DNA of 64,000 nt from Candidatus Hydrogenedentota bacterium (GCA_012730105.1 JAAYBJ010000278.1:444-64443); one strand, 5' to 3'; positions 36,545-46,290 are shown, numbered from the stretch's first letter. The notes: generated by a model not told the origin, from the sequence alone. Translations and numbers: made by a program.

Positions 36545-37432
36545 ATGATAACCGGTGTGAGTTCCTATAGTTTCAGCCGGCTTGTGCAATCCGGAGCCAT
36601 GACAGACCTTGACGTGATTGCAACCTCGGCGGAGATGGGGTTTAAGACGATTGAATTCGCGGGGCTGAACCCTGGAGAGGAATATGATCTCTTAAACCAT
36701 GCCGCCCGGTTGCGCGCGGCCTGTGCTGAAAAAGGAATGTCGATTGTAAATTACGCGGTTCCAGCGGATTTTCTGCGGGGCTGCGGCGGCGACCTCAACG
36801 CGGAAATCGAACGTGTGCGACGGGAGGTGCTTGTGGCCGTTGCACTGGGGGCCCCGGCGATGCGGCACGACGCCGCGTCGGGATTCGGGCTTGACCACGC
36901 CGGGCACGCGAGTTTTCATTCGGCCCTGGCGCGTCTTGCGGAGGGCTGTCGGGCGGTTACGGAATTCGCCGCCGACCGGGGGATCAAAACCATGGTGGAA
37001 AATCACGGATATTTCTGTCAGGACAGTGATCGCCTCGAGGCGCTGGTTTGCGCCGTGAATCATCCGAACTTCGGCCTGCTGGTCGATATCGGGAATTTCG
37101 CTTGTGTTGATGAAGACAACGCCTGCGCCGTGGGCAGACTGGCGCCGTACGCCTTTCACGCCCATGTCAAGGACTTTCACAAGAAATCCGGCATGATGCC
37201 CTTCCCCGGCGAGGGCTGGTTCCGGTCCCGGGCGGGCAATTTTCTGCGCGGTGCGATTCTTGGCCACGGCGAAATTCCTGTGTTTCAATGTCTGTTGTTG
37301 CTCGATGCCGCTGGCTATGACGGGGCGCTTTGCCTGGAATTTGAAGGTATGGAAGAACCCCTGCAGGGAATTTCATTGGGACACAAGTATTTAAAGACGC
37401 TGCTTGTTTGGCTCAGAAGCGTTAAAAGCTGA
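36545..37432 (+). CDS. Sugar phosphate isomerase/epimerase (xylose isomerase-like TIM barrel)
   Basis: VSSYSFSRLVQSGAMTDLDVIATSAEMGFKTIEFAG is typical of the AP_endonuc_2 / xylose-isomerase-like TIM family. Confidence 0.7.
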   Translation: MITGVSSYSFSRLVQSGAMTDLDVIATSAEMGFKTIEFAGLNPGEEYDLLNHAARLRAACAEKGMSIVNYAVPADFLRGCGGDLNAEIERVRREVLVAVALGAPAMRHDAASGFGLDHAGHASFHSALARLAEGCRAVTEFAADRGIKTMVENHGYFCQDSDRLEALVCAVNHPNFGLLVDIGNFACVDEDNACAVGRLAPYAFHAHVKDFHKKSGMMPFPGEGWFRSRAGNFLRGAILGHGEIPVFQCLLLLDAAGYDGALCLEFEGMEEPLQGISLGHKYLKTLLVWLRSVKS

Positions 37433-37451
37433 TCTGACGCCGTAATTTTTT

Positions 37452-37480
37452 TTGACTTTTTCACCGGTTTGATGTACTAT
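37452..37480 (+). promoter_or_regulatory. Candidate sigma70-like promoter upstream of speH
   Basis: TTGACT (37452-37457), 17-bp spacer, TACTAT (37475-37480). Confidence 0.35.
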
Positions 37481-37606
37481 ACCGCCCTTCCCATTTCATA
37501 CTGATGAGGAGGATGTGTATCTCGTCGCTACAGTTCCGGGATTGCGTTTGGGCCGCTTATGCGGGCGCATTCCGCGGCGCTTGATAGAGTCTCAATTGGT
37601 AGGAGG

Positions 37607-38020
37607 ATGTATGAGTTGCACAAGGGTAGACATCTTTTAATGGACTGTCGCAATGTGGCCCGAACGCTGTGTCTTGATGACAGGCGGGTGCTGAACGTGA
37701 TGGCGCGTTCGGCGGAGCGGGCCGGGGCAACTGTCGTATCGCAGGTGCGCTATAAATTCGGTCATGAATCGCCGCCCGGCTTTACGGCTGTCGTATTACT
37801 CGACGAGAGTCACTGCTCCGCGCATACCTACGCGGACCTGGGGCTCATCGCGATGGACGTGTTCACCTGTGGGAACACGAATCCGCGCGACGTCCTGCGC
37901 TACATTCAGGAGGAACTTGACCTCGGTGATGTAACCATTACCGAAGTCGGCCGTTTCAGTACGCAGGAACCTTCCTCAGTCGAGACCTACCTAGAACGTG
38001 AACCTGCGCTGGCCTGTTAG
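37607..38020 (+). CDS. speH: S-adenosylmethionine decarboxylase proenzyme (SpeH/SpeD small type)
   Basis: MYELHKGRHLLMDC N-terminus. LLDESHCSAHTY self-cleavage site (ES|S). YADLGLIAMDVFTCG. Confidence 0.8.
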   Translation: MYELHKGRHLLMDCRNVARTLCLDDRRVLNVMARSAERAGATVVSQVRYKFGHESPPGFTAVVLLDESHCSAHTYADLGLIAMDVFTCGNTNPRDVLRYIQEELDLGDVTITEVGRFSTQEPSSVETYLEREPALAC

Positions 38021-38049
38021 GAACAGCGAATAAAGGTTGACCCTTCCCC

Positions 38050-39135
38050 ATGATGGAACGAAAACTGCATGATGGACGTGAAGACGGCTTGACGCCGTTG
38101 AAAAGTCTTGATCTGAATTCCATTACGTCTTGCGCCGGGCTGGTGCGCGCCATGGCTTTAACGGCCTTCGGCGGGCGCCAGCTCGGTCAGGCGCTGGACG
38201 TATGCCTGGCCATGGTCCGGGACCCCGGGTGCAAGGTGGTGCTTACCCTCTCGGGCGCCATGACGGTCGCCAAGCAGGGCAGGATCATCTGCGAAATGAT
38301 CGACCGGGGTCTGGTGCACGCCGTGGTGGCCACGGGTGCGCTTATGGCCCACGGGCTTACGGAATCCATCGGCCTGACCCATTACGCGATCAACCCGGAC
38401 GCCGACGACAAGGACCTGTTCGAAAAGGGCTACAACCGTGTGTATGACACGCTGGAGATGGAGGCCAATCTCAACGAGGTCTGTGAGGTGGTCGCCGATG
38501 TACTGGCCAATTATACGCCCGGAGGCGGCGTGTGGTCGTCGGCGCGCTTCTGTCGTGCCGTGGGCGAGGAATTGGACCGCCTCGACCAGGGGCCGGGCAT
38601 CCTGCGCAGCGCGTACCGGCATGGTGTGCCCGTATTCATTCCGGCCTTCACCGACAGCGAAATGGGCCTTGATTTTTCCACTTGGGCCATGAAAGGCATG
38701 CTTCAGAAACGCGGCAAAGCCGACGGTATCACGCCGGAGGAATTGTTTACCACTGTGCCGCCCTACAATCCCTTCCTGGACCTGCAGGAATACGCCCGCT
38801 TCATAGGCCGGGCAGAATCTCTGGGCATTTTCACGGTGGGCGGCGGCGTGCCCCGGAATTGGGCGCAGCAGGTGGGCCCCTATTATGACATCACTGCCGA
38901 CCGGCTCGACATTGAACTGCCCTCCATACGCTTCAAGTATGGTGTGCGTCTCTGTCCCGAACCGGTGAACTGGGGCGGTCTCTCCGGCTGCACCTATTCC
39001 GAGGGTGTGAGCTGGGGCAAGTTTGTCCACCCGGATGACGGCGGCCGCTATGCCGAGGTGCTCACTGACGCGACCATCGTCTGGCCCATATTGATGAAAG
39101 CGGTGTTTGAGGAACTGGACGCCAAAGGCAAGTAA
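38050..39135 (+). CDS. Deoxyhypusine synthase family protein (DHS-like / homospermidine-synthase-like)
   Basis: KVVLTLSGAMTVAKQGRIICEMIDRGLVHAVVATGALMAHGL and FTVGGGVPRNW resemble the DHS family. Adjacent to speH. Confidence 0.65.
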   Translation: MMERKLHDGREDGLTPLKSLDLNSITSCAGLVRAMALTAFGGRQLGQALDVCLAMVRDPGCKVVLTLSGAMTVAKQGRIICEMIDRGLVHAVVATGALMAHGLTESIGLTHYAINPDADDKDLFEKGYNRVYDTLEMEANLNEVCEVVADVLANYTPGGGVWSSARFCRAVGEELDRLDQGPGILRSAYRHGVPVFIPAFTDSEMGLDFSTWAMKGMLQKRGKADGITPEELFTTVPPYNPFLDLQEYARFIGRAESLGIFTVGGGVPRNWAQQVGPYYDITADRLDIELPSIRFKYGVRLCPEPVNWGGLSGCTYSEGVSWGKFVHPDDGGRYAEVLTDATIVWPILMKAVFEELDAKGK

Positions 39136-39203
39136 ACCGGGTCAAGACAGGCCTGTTTGTGTTCTGAATACTTCGGTTCCCGCACGAGTGATTTGCCCGA
39201 GCC

Positions 39204-39251
39204 TGTTGGACTTTGTCGGACTCTGTCAGACAGTGTCAGACCCTGTCGGAC
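39204..39251 (+). repeat. Five exactly 10-bp-phased copies of TGT(C/T)(G/A)GAC upstream of DUF72 gene
   Basis: tgttggac 39204, tgtcggac 39214, tgtcagac 39224, tgtcagac 39234, tgtcggac 39244. The array ends 27 bp before the start codon at 39278. Confidence 0.7.
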
Positions 39252-39277
39252 GGCGCTGAACACCAACCCAGTATCGC

Positions 39278-40159
39278 ATGAATTCCACACACGAAAACGG
39301 CGGCACATCCGCCAATATCTTCATCGGCCCGGCGGGCTGGTCCTACGCGGACTGGAAGGGCATCGTCTATCCGGGAAACTGCCTTACTCCCCTTGCCATG
39401 CTTTGCCGCTGGGTGGACCTGGTCGAAATCAATGTTACCTTTTATCGTCCTTTGGGCGTGCGCTTTGCCGCTTCGTGGCTGGCGCAGTCCGAGTCGAATC
39501 CGCGTTTCCGCTTTACGGCCAAAGCACCCTCCGTATTGACCCACGAACGGGGCGAAAAGCCCGATGTCACCTGTGCTTCGGCGTTTATTGAAAGCCTCAA
39601 GCCCCTGAACGCCCGGGGTAAACTCGGCGCCGTGCTGCTGCAGTTTCCCTGGAGTTATAAGCGTACTCCCGCTGCCAGGTCCTATCTCGCCCGGCTTGCC
39701 GATACGCTCCAAGAAGTGCCCCTTTGTGTGGAAATGCGACATGATTCCTGGGCGGTGCCTGATTTTTTCGAGGGGCTGCGGGAACGAGGCATCGCTTTCT
39801 GCAACATCGACCAGCCCGGGTTGAACGCTTGTATCGGGCCCTTGGCGGAAGTGACCGCCCCCTTCGCCTATGTGCGACTGCACGGACGCAACGCGAACGC
39901 GTGGTTCAAACAGGACGCCGGGCGCGATGACCGTTACAATTACCTGTACAGCGGGGAGGAACTCGCCCCCTGGGTGAGCAGAATCATGGACATGAAGAAA
40001 CAGGTGAACGACTTGTATATCGTTACCAATAATCACTATCAGGGCAAGGCAGTGGTCAATGCGCTCGAACTGCAGGCCTCCTTCGGCACTCTGCGCCCGT
40101 CCCTGCCCGAAACCCTGCTCTACGCCTATCCCCGCCTGAAAGAAATCATGGCAAGATAA
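39278..40159 (+). CDS. DUF72 (YecE/UPF0759) family protein
   Basis: IGPAGWSYADWKGIVYP N-terminal DUF72 hallmark. Confidence 0.75.
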   Translation: MNSTHENGGTSANIFIGPAGWSYADWKGIVYPGNCLTPLAMLCRWVDLVEINVTFYRPLGVRFAASWLAQSESNPRFRFTAKAPSVLTHERGEKPDVTCASAFIESLKPLNARGKLGAVLLQFPWSYKRTPAARSYLARLADTLQEVPLCVEMRHDSWAVPDFFEGLRERGIAFCNIDQPGLNACIGPLAEVTAPFAYVRLHGRNANAWFKQDAGRDDRYNYLYSGEELAPWVSRIMDMKKQVNDLYIVTNNHYQGKAVVNALELQASFGTLRPSLPETLLYAYPRLKEIMAR

Positions 40160-40179
40160 TAATATCATTTGCCGATGCT

Positions 40180-40227
40180 GTCTGAAGGCGTCCGATTCTG
40201 TCCGACATCGTCCGACTTCATCCGACA
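40180..40227 (+). repeat. Five 10-bp-phased copies of GTC(C/T)GA(C/T)N (reverse complement of upstream array motif) downstream of DUF72 gene
   Basis: gtctgaag 40180, gtccgatt 40190, gtccgaca 40200, gtccgact 40210, atccgaca 40220. Starts 21 bp after the DUF72 stop and sits upstream of the YdiJ-like gene. Confidence 0.7.
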
Positions 40228-40251
40228 GGGCCACCACGCTTTGAATGCTTT

Positions 40252-43137
40252 GTGCCCGTCATGGCAAAATGGGGGTCTACCAAAGAGCAACCGTTCCCGG
40301 AAACCATTATGACCACCTTGAAAGAGATTCAAAAGAACTGCACATGCCCCGTTTTTCTGGATGATCTGACGCGGCAGTTGTATGCCACGGATGCCTCCAT
40401 TTACCAGGTCTCCCCCCTGGGAGCCGCTTTCCCCCGTTCCCTGGAGGAAACCAGCGAAATAATGGCCGCCTGCGCGGCCTCAGATATCCCCATGATCCCG
40501 CGCGGGGCGGGCAGCGGCCTGGCGGGCGGTGCCCTGGGCGAGGCGCTGATACTCGATTTTTCGCGATATAATCGTGTTATTACTGATTTTAATCGTGAAG
40601 CGCGCACGGTGCGGGTGGGGGCGGGGGTGGTCCTGGACCAACTGAACGAGTTCCTCAAGCCCCATGGACTGACCTTCGGCCCGGATGTAGCGACGAGTTC
40701 TCGCGCGACTGTGGGCGGGATGATCGCGAACAACAGCTCCGGCGCGCGGGCGCCTTTCTATGGGACAACCCTGGAACACGTGGCCGGCCTCGAGATCGTC
40801 ATGAGTGGCGGAGAGACGGCGTTGCTCAGCGCCGAATCCCGGGATATGCGTGACCGCCTCGCCGAGGCGCACGCCGGTGTGCTCGCCCAGCGCCAGGAAA
40901 TTGAAAAACGTTTCCACAACGGCATTCCCAAGCGTTGGCCGGGATACGGCCTGGACCGGTATCTGCGGAGCCTGGATGCGGGAGAGCCTGACCCGGCCAA
41001 ACTTGTCGGCGGTAGCGAGGGCACGCTTTGCACGGTGTACGCGGCAACGCTGCGGGTGGTGCCGTTGCCCCCGTCCAGCGGACTGGTGTTGCTTTTCTTC
41101 GATTCCGTGAAGGAGGCGACCCGGGCCTCGGCTGCGCTGCTTGATCTGGAACCTGTGGGTATTGAAATCATTGACGATATGCTCTTCAACCAGACGAAAG
41201 GCCAGCAGGCCTTCGCCGGGGCCAGAGCGCTGCTGGAACTGGATGACAAACCGTGCCGCGCCATCCTGCTCGTGGAATTTTACGAACATCAGGAAGAAAA
41301 AGTGGCGGCCCTGCTCGGGCGCGGCCTAGGCATGCGGCATCATGTCTGCGCCACGGCGCAGGAGAAGGCCATGGTGTGGAACCTGCGCAAATCGGGCCTG
41401 TCCCTGCTGACCGGCTGTCCTGGCCCCGCCAAACCGACCGCAGGCATAGAAGACGTGGCGGTGCCGCCGCACCATTTGCCCGAATATATCGATGCGCTCA
41501 CGGGCATTCTCGGACGCCTCGGCCTGCAGGCTTCTTTTTACGGGCATGCCGCTTCGGGCCTCCTCCATGTGCGGCCGGTGGTCGACCTGCACACTGCCCG
41601 GGATCTCCAGCGATACCGCCAATTATCTGATGAAGTGGCGGCGCTCGCGAAACAGTTCAGGGCTTCGCTGACCGCTGAACACGGGGTGGGCATCGAGCAT
41701 ACCGAGTACATGCTGGACCAGGTGGGGCCGGAACTGCTCAACACGATGCGCCTTGTGAAGAATGCCTTCGATCCCAAAGATCTTATGAATCCGGGGAAGA
41801 TATTTGACAACGGCCGCTGGCGTTTCGATACAGATCTGCGCCAAGGTGTGGGCGCCGCCATTCCCATACCCTTTGAGCCTGTGCTGCTTTTCGATGCCAA
41901 GGACCACTCCTTTGTCGGTAACCTGGAACAATGCAACGGCTGTGGGGGTTGTCGCAAAGACGCGCCCACCATGTGCCCCACCTTCCAGGCCACGGGTGAG
42001 GAATACATGTCCACGCGGGGGAGAGCGAACATTATCCGCGCTGTGCTGGAAGGGCGGCTGGATGGCGGGGAGGAGCCCTTACTGTCGGAATCGCTCGAAA
42101 TCGCCCTGAGCAACTGCCTGAGCTGCAAGGCCTGTGCCGCCGAATGCCCGTCGAACGTTAATCTGCCGCTGCTCAAAGCGGAACTCGTGCATGCGCGCCA
42201 CCGGAAATACGGGATTCCTCTGTACGCGCGTGTTCTTAGCCGGACGGACCTGCTGGGGGCGCTGGGAAGCGCTCTGCCGGGCATCACCAATGCACTCCTG
42301 CAAAATTCCGCGTTCAGGATGCTGCTGAAGCATCTGGTCCGCGTGGCGCCCGAGCGCCCGTTGCCCACCTATGTCGGCGAACGTTTTGACACATGGTTCA
42401 GGGGACGGGACAACGGCCGGCAGCCGAAGCGGGGCACCGTGCTGTTGTGGGACGATTGCTTTGTGCGGCACAACGAGCCGCAGATTGGCAAGGCGGCTGT
42501 TGCCGTGCTCGAGGCTGCCGGGTACGGCGTCCGGCTTCTCGAGGGGCATGCCTGCTGTGGCAGGCCTGCCTTCAGCATGGGGCGACTGGACCTCGCCCGG
42601 CGTTTCGGCAGACGAAACCTGGACCTTCTGAAACAAACGGAAGGCCCTGTCCTTTTCCTGGAACCCTCCTGTTATGCCATGTTCCGTGAGGACTACAGGG
42701 AACTCGGTCTGGACGGTGCTGCGGAGGCTGCGGAACGGGCGGTTCTTTTTGAGCACTTTATTGAATTTCTACTGCGGAAAGAGCCGGAGGCGTTGAAGTT
42801 GCGCACTTTGGAATCCGGCCTGGCCGTTCATGTCCACTGCCATGCCAAGGCGCTTACCGATACGGGGCTTGCACTGCAGCTGGGACGCCGCCTTGCCGGG
42901 AGCAAGGCGACTCTCCTCGACAGCGGCTGTTGCGGTATGGCCGGCGCGTTCGGCGCCCTGAAAGGCAAGTATGCGTTGAGCATGGAAGTGGGGGAAGCGC
43001 TGGTGAAATTGATCAACGCCCTTCCGGAAGATACCCGCCTGATTGCTTCGGGCACCAGCTGTCGCCAGCAGATCAATCATTGCACTGTACGACCAGTCAC
43101 CCATTTTGCCGAAATACTGGCCGAAGCGCTGGAGTGA
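40252..43137 (+). CDS. FAD-linked oxidase fused to 4Fe-4S dicluster and CCG domains (YdiJ-like D-2-hydroxyacid/glycolate oxidase family)
   Basis: FAD-binding PCMH N-terminus (PRGAGSGLAGGALG). CxxCxxCxxxCP (CNGCGGCRKDAPTMCP; LSCKACAAECP). Two C-terminal CCG-like Cys clusters. Alternative start is ATG 40309 (MTTLKEIQK). Confidence 0.8.
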   Translation: MPVMAKWGSTKEQPFPETIMTTLKEIQKNCTCPVFLDDLTRQLYATDASIYQVSPLGAAFPRSLEETSEIMAACAASDIPMIPRGAGSGLAGGALGEALILDFSRYNRVITDFNREARTVRVGAGVVLDQLNEFLKPHGLTFGPDVATSSRATVGGMIANNSSGARAPFYGTTLEHVAGLEIVMSGGETALLSAESRDMRDRLAEAHAGVLAQRQEIEKRFHNGIPKRWPGYGLDRYLRSLDAGEPDPAKLVGGSEGTLCTVYAATLRVVPLPPSSGLVLLFFDSVKEATRASAALLDLEPVGIEIIDDMLFNQTKGQQAFAGARALLELDDKPCRAILLVEFYEHQEEKVAALLGRGLGMRHHVCATAQEKAMVWNLRKSGLSLLTGCPGPAKPTAGIEDVAVPPHHLPEYIDALTGILGRLGLQASFYGHAASGLLHVRPVVDLHTARDLQRYRQLSDEVAALAKQFRASLTAEHGVGIEHTEYMLDQVGPELLNTMRLVKNAFDPKDLMNPGKIFDNGRWRFDTDLRQGVGAAIPIPFEPVLLFDAKDHSFVGNLEQCNGCGGCRKDAPTMCPTFQATGEEYMSTRGRANIIRAVLEGRLDGGEEPLLSESLEIALSNCLSCKACAAECPSNVNLPLLKAELVHARHRKYGIPLYARVLSRTDLLGALGSALPGITNALLQNSAFRMLLKHLVRVAPERPLPTYVGERFDTWFRGRDNGRQPKRGTVLLWDDCFVRHNEPQIGKAAVAVLEAAGYGVRLLEGHACCGRPAFSMGRLDLARRFGRRNLDLLKQTEGPVLFLEPSCYAMFREDYRELGLDGAAEAAERAVLFEHFIEFLLRKEPEALKLRTLESGLAVHVHCHAKALTDTGLALQLGRRLAGSKATLLDSGCCGMAGAFGALKGKYALSMEVGEALVKLINALPEDTRLIASGTSCRQQINHCTVRPVTHFAEILAEALE

Positions 43138-43311
43138 ATACGAATCCCCAAATAGTTCCATGTCCCTGCTCCTGTTGAACAATTAACAATCTGTGTCGCA
43201 GGTGTTGCATGATCCCGGAAGGCAGGTCCATCCCGTACCCGTTGGACGGGTAGAATGCTTATGGTTGCCGCTGTCATGTTATCATGAAAAAGAGAAGGAG
43301 TATTTTCTGTA

Positions 43312-44388
43312 ATGTTCCGTGTCTTATGTTTTGCATTGCTTCTTCTGGCCAATGTATATTGTTTTGCCGACAATGCCACCTCCCCGGAGGACTTGTGGCA
43401 GGCGGTGCTCGCCGCGTCCCCAACGGTGCCGCCGACACCGGCCCGGAAAGCAGCCCTTCAGGCCTTGGACGATTGGATCGCGATTCCAAATTCGGAGGAG
43501 ACGGACGCGTGTGTGGCCTATTATCGGTGCGCCGTAGACCGGGCCTTGGGTCTGCTGGAAACGGAACGCCCCGAGCGGGGCCTGCGTATTTTTCAACTCT
43601 ACTCAAGTTCCGTGCTGATCCAGACGCCGTCCGTCGTGATCGGAATTGACCTGGATCAGGGGCCGAACGAGGATATGCATCGAACACCCGGAGAGGAGGG
43701 GGTGGCCTTCTGTATGACGGAGGAACAGATTGCCCGGCTTGCCGCCTTGGTGGACTACGCCTTCCATACCCATGAACACGGCGATCATCTGGATTATCAG
43801 ATCACGAAGGCACTGGCGGAACGGGACAAAACCGTTATCGGAACGGAGGGCATCCGCGCCCTTTGGGCGGAGGAGCCCTGGGCCCAATCTATTTTGACAC
43901 CGCCGCAGACCCTGGGTCGCGGTGAGAAAATCGGCACACTGACCGTTAATGTGCTTCGAGACCACCAGTGGAGCGATGAGGCCCATACCAGAGGAACCGA
44001 AAACAACGCCTACCTGATCGCCGTGCCGGAAGGATTTTCGGTGTTTACAAAGGGGGACACCAACTGCGGGTTGCGGCTCTATGGCTGGCTGCAATTGCTT
44101 GCGGAAAAAGGCTGTGCCGTGGATGTGATGGTTGGCAGCGCGATTTACTGGCGGGGGCCTGGTATTGCCAGGCAGATTGATGTCTTATACGCGCCCTTGG
44201 TGTTGCCGGGGCACGCTTGGGAATTCGGCCACCGCCCCGATGGCGAAGCCCGCGGCAATGCCATGGGTTTCTGGCAGGCGGGCATGCTGGTGAAGGGCGC
44301 GGCGAAGCAAGGCGGTGTAACGCCCCTGTCCTGGGGGGAATTCATTGACATTCCAGAGCCCCGCAATTCCAAAAAGGCGGGATTATAA
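43312..44388 (+). CDS. Secreted MBL-fold metallohydrolase
   Basis: Signal peptide MFRVLCFALLLLANVYCFA. HTHEHGDH (HxHxDH) motif. Confidence 0.6.
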   Translation: MFRVLCFALLLLANVYCFADNATSPEDLWQAVLAASPTVPPTPARKAALQALDDWIAIPNSEETDACVAYYRCAVDRALGLLETERPERGLRIFQLYSSSVLIQTPSVVIGIDLDQGPNEDMHRTPGEEGVAFCMTEEQIARLAALVDYAFHTHEHGDHLDYQITKALAERDKTVIGTEGIRALWAEEPWAQSILTPPQTLGRGEKIGTLTVNVLRDHQWSDEAHTRGTENNAYLIAVPEGFSVFTKGDTNCGLRLYGWLQLLAEKGCAVDVMVGSAIYWRGPGIARQIDVLYAPLVLPGHAWEFGHRPDGEARGNAMGFWQAGMLVKGAAKQGGVTPLSWGEFIDIPEPRNSKKAGL

Positions 44389-44486
44389 CAGAAAGAATGG
44401 TTACTTTAGAGGAAAAGGCAAAGGATAAACATTCCAGCACATCGTGAAGAGATGCTTCGGAATTTTTTCCATATCATTTCTATTCG

Positions 44487-44604
44487 AACATTGATGAACA
44501 GGATGAAAGGGATAAGAGCCAGAAACTTCTTTTCTATTTAAGATGCTGCCGGGTCAGTTTGAATAGGGAGATTCTTCCTCGCATTTATCCCGTTCATCAA
44601 TGTT
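44487..44604. repeat. 118-bp element bounded by ~20-bp inverted repeats in AT-rich gap
   Basis: Left arm aacattgatgaac[aggatgaaa]gggataa (44487-44515). Right arm ttatcccgttcatcaatgtt (44585-44604). Arms match 20/20 apart from a 9-nt insertion. Confidence 0.55.
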
Positions 44605-44747
44605 AAATTCAATCCCTTTATTTAGTACCAAAATATCCGTATGCAGGATCCGGTCATTATCTTTGATTGACTGGAAACATACAAAGCACAAAAAAGCGGA
44701 GGAACGAGCCGCTCCTGTAAAGAGGTGTGCCCGGTGCAAGTCCGACC

Positions 44748-44779
44748 AAAAAAAACTGCGAGGTCTGTAAACCTCGCAG
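44748..44779 (-). terminator. Intrinsic terminator for purA (minus strand)
   Basis: Perfect 9-bp stem ctgcgaggt / acctcgcag with loop ctgtaa. On the minus strand it is followed by T8 (the plus-strand A-run at 44748-44755). Confidence 0.7.
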
Positions 44780-44853
44780 GTTTATCCAAGTCCGATGATA
44801 AGGAATGACAGTCGTGCTGTTGCGATCGGCCTTACAGATCGAAAGATTGGCGC

Positions 44854-46122
44854 TTACCGGACGATGAGCGCTTCCCTTTCGGGGCCGACGGAGACGAAGC
44901 GTACGGGGCACGCAATGGCTTTTTCAATTTCTAGGATGTACGCCTGGGCGGTTTCGGGCAGGGCGTTGAATTCGCGCACACCCGTAATGTCCTCATCCCA
45001 GCCGGGCATTTCTTTGTAAACGGGCGCGGCTTCTTCCAGCACGGCGTTCAGCGGGAATCGGTCGTATTGTTTTCCGTTCCACGTGTAATGGGTGCAGATT
45101 TTGAGGGTCTTTCTGCCGCTGAGGCTGTCCAACTTGGTGACGGCGACTTCCGTGGCGCCCTGCGCCCACACACCGTAGCGGGTGGCCACGGCGTCAAAGT
45201 GACCGATGGTTCGCGGACGTCCCGTGGCGGCGCCATATTCCTTGGCGAATTCGCGCAGTGCGTCCCCGTCGTCCTTTTCCATGGTGGTTACAAAGGGCCC
45301 CTCGCCCACGCAGGTGGAGAAGGCCTTGACGACGGCCACGACTTCATCGACAGGATGGCCGAAGAGGCCGCCGCCGATGGGGGCGTATGCCGCGAGGGTG
45401 CAGGAGGAGGTCGTAAAGGGGTAAATGCCGAAGTTCAAATCGCGTAGCGTGCCCAGCTGGGCCTCGAACAGGACGGTCTTGCCTTGCGCGGCGCCTTCTT
45501 CGAGCAGCATGGAGGTATCGGTGATATAGTCGCGCAGCCGTTCTCCACAGGCCCTGCCCCAGCGCACCACCTCGTCAATGGAAAACAGGTCCTTCTTGCC
45601 GTAAAAGGCTTCGAGTCGCTCCAGTTTCCAGGCGCTGATTTGTTTCAGGCGCGCTTCGAAGCGTTCCGGGTAAAGCAACTCGCCCACCTGGATCGCCTTC
45701 TTGACCGTGCGGTCGCCGTAGGCCGGCGCGATACCCCGGCGCGTGGAACCGTAGGCGTTCTTGCCGAGCCGGTCTTCTTCCAGCCCGTCTTCCAGCCGGT
45801 GAAAGGGGAAGCAGATGGTGGCCCGGTCGGAAATGCGGATATTGGGGCGTATCCCCTTGGAGGTGAGATCGTCCATCTCGGTGATCAGCCCTTCCAAGTC
45901 GATGACCATGCCCGGGCCCAGAATATTGATCACCTCGGGATAGAACACGCCCGAAGGCAGCAGGTGCAGTTTGAACTCCCCGAAGTCGTTGATGACCGTG
46001 TGGCCGGCGTTGTTGCCGCCCTGGTACCGCACCACAAAGGCGGCATCGCGGGCGAGATAATCCACCATGCGCCCCTTGCCTTCATCGCCCCAATTTGCTC
46101 CCACCACAACCTTGATACTCAT
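44854..46122 (-). CDS. purA: Adenylosuccinate synthetase
   Basis: N-terminus MSIKVVVGANWGDEGKGRMVDYL (P-loop GxxWGDEGKGK). Confidence 0.9.
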   Translation of the reverse strand: MSIKVVVGANWGDEGKGRMVDYLARDAAFVVRYQGGNNAGHTVINDFGEFKLHLLPSGVFYPEVINILGPGMVIDLEGLITEMDDLTSKGIRPNIRISDRATICFPFHRLEDGLEEDRLGKNAYGSTRRGIAPAYGDRTVKKAIQVGELLYPERFEARLKQISAWKLERLEAFYGKKDLFSIDEVVRWGRACGERLRDYITDTSMLLEEGAAQGKTVLFEAQLGTLRDLNFGIYPFTTSSCTLAAYAPIGGGLFGHPVDEVVAVVKAFSTCVGEGPFVTTMEKDDGDALREFAKEYGAATGRPRTIGHFDAVATRYGVWAQGATEVAVTKLDSLSGRKTLKICTHYTWNGKQYDRFPLNAVLEEAAPVYKEMPGWDEDITGVREFNALPETAQAYILEIEKAIACPVRFVSVGPEREALIVR

Positions 46123-46228
46123 GATTCAGCGGTTCCTCGTCTTTAACGTATGTCCGGCGGGCCGGATAGTCTGTGCCTGCCGTTTCTGTTGTTGTCGCGC
46201 CGGCTTGTGAAAGGGCCGCGCGCCTTGC

Positions 46229-46250
46229 CAAATAAAACGGCGAACCGTTT
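46229..46250 (-). terminator. Candidate terminator downstream of rpsD (minus strand)
   Basis: aaacgg ttcg ccgttt hairpin; on the minus strand it is followed by tatttt. Confidence 0.35.
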
Positions 46251-46290
46251 CAAGCGGTCCGCCGAAGATACACGCAATAACTGTTCCGTA

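Noticed and set aside
44554-44739. 61-aa minus ORF inside the AT-rich gap downstream of purA.
   Set aside because: No RBS and low-complexity sequence. It overlaps the inverted-repeat element and the terminator, so it is more likely non-coding.
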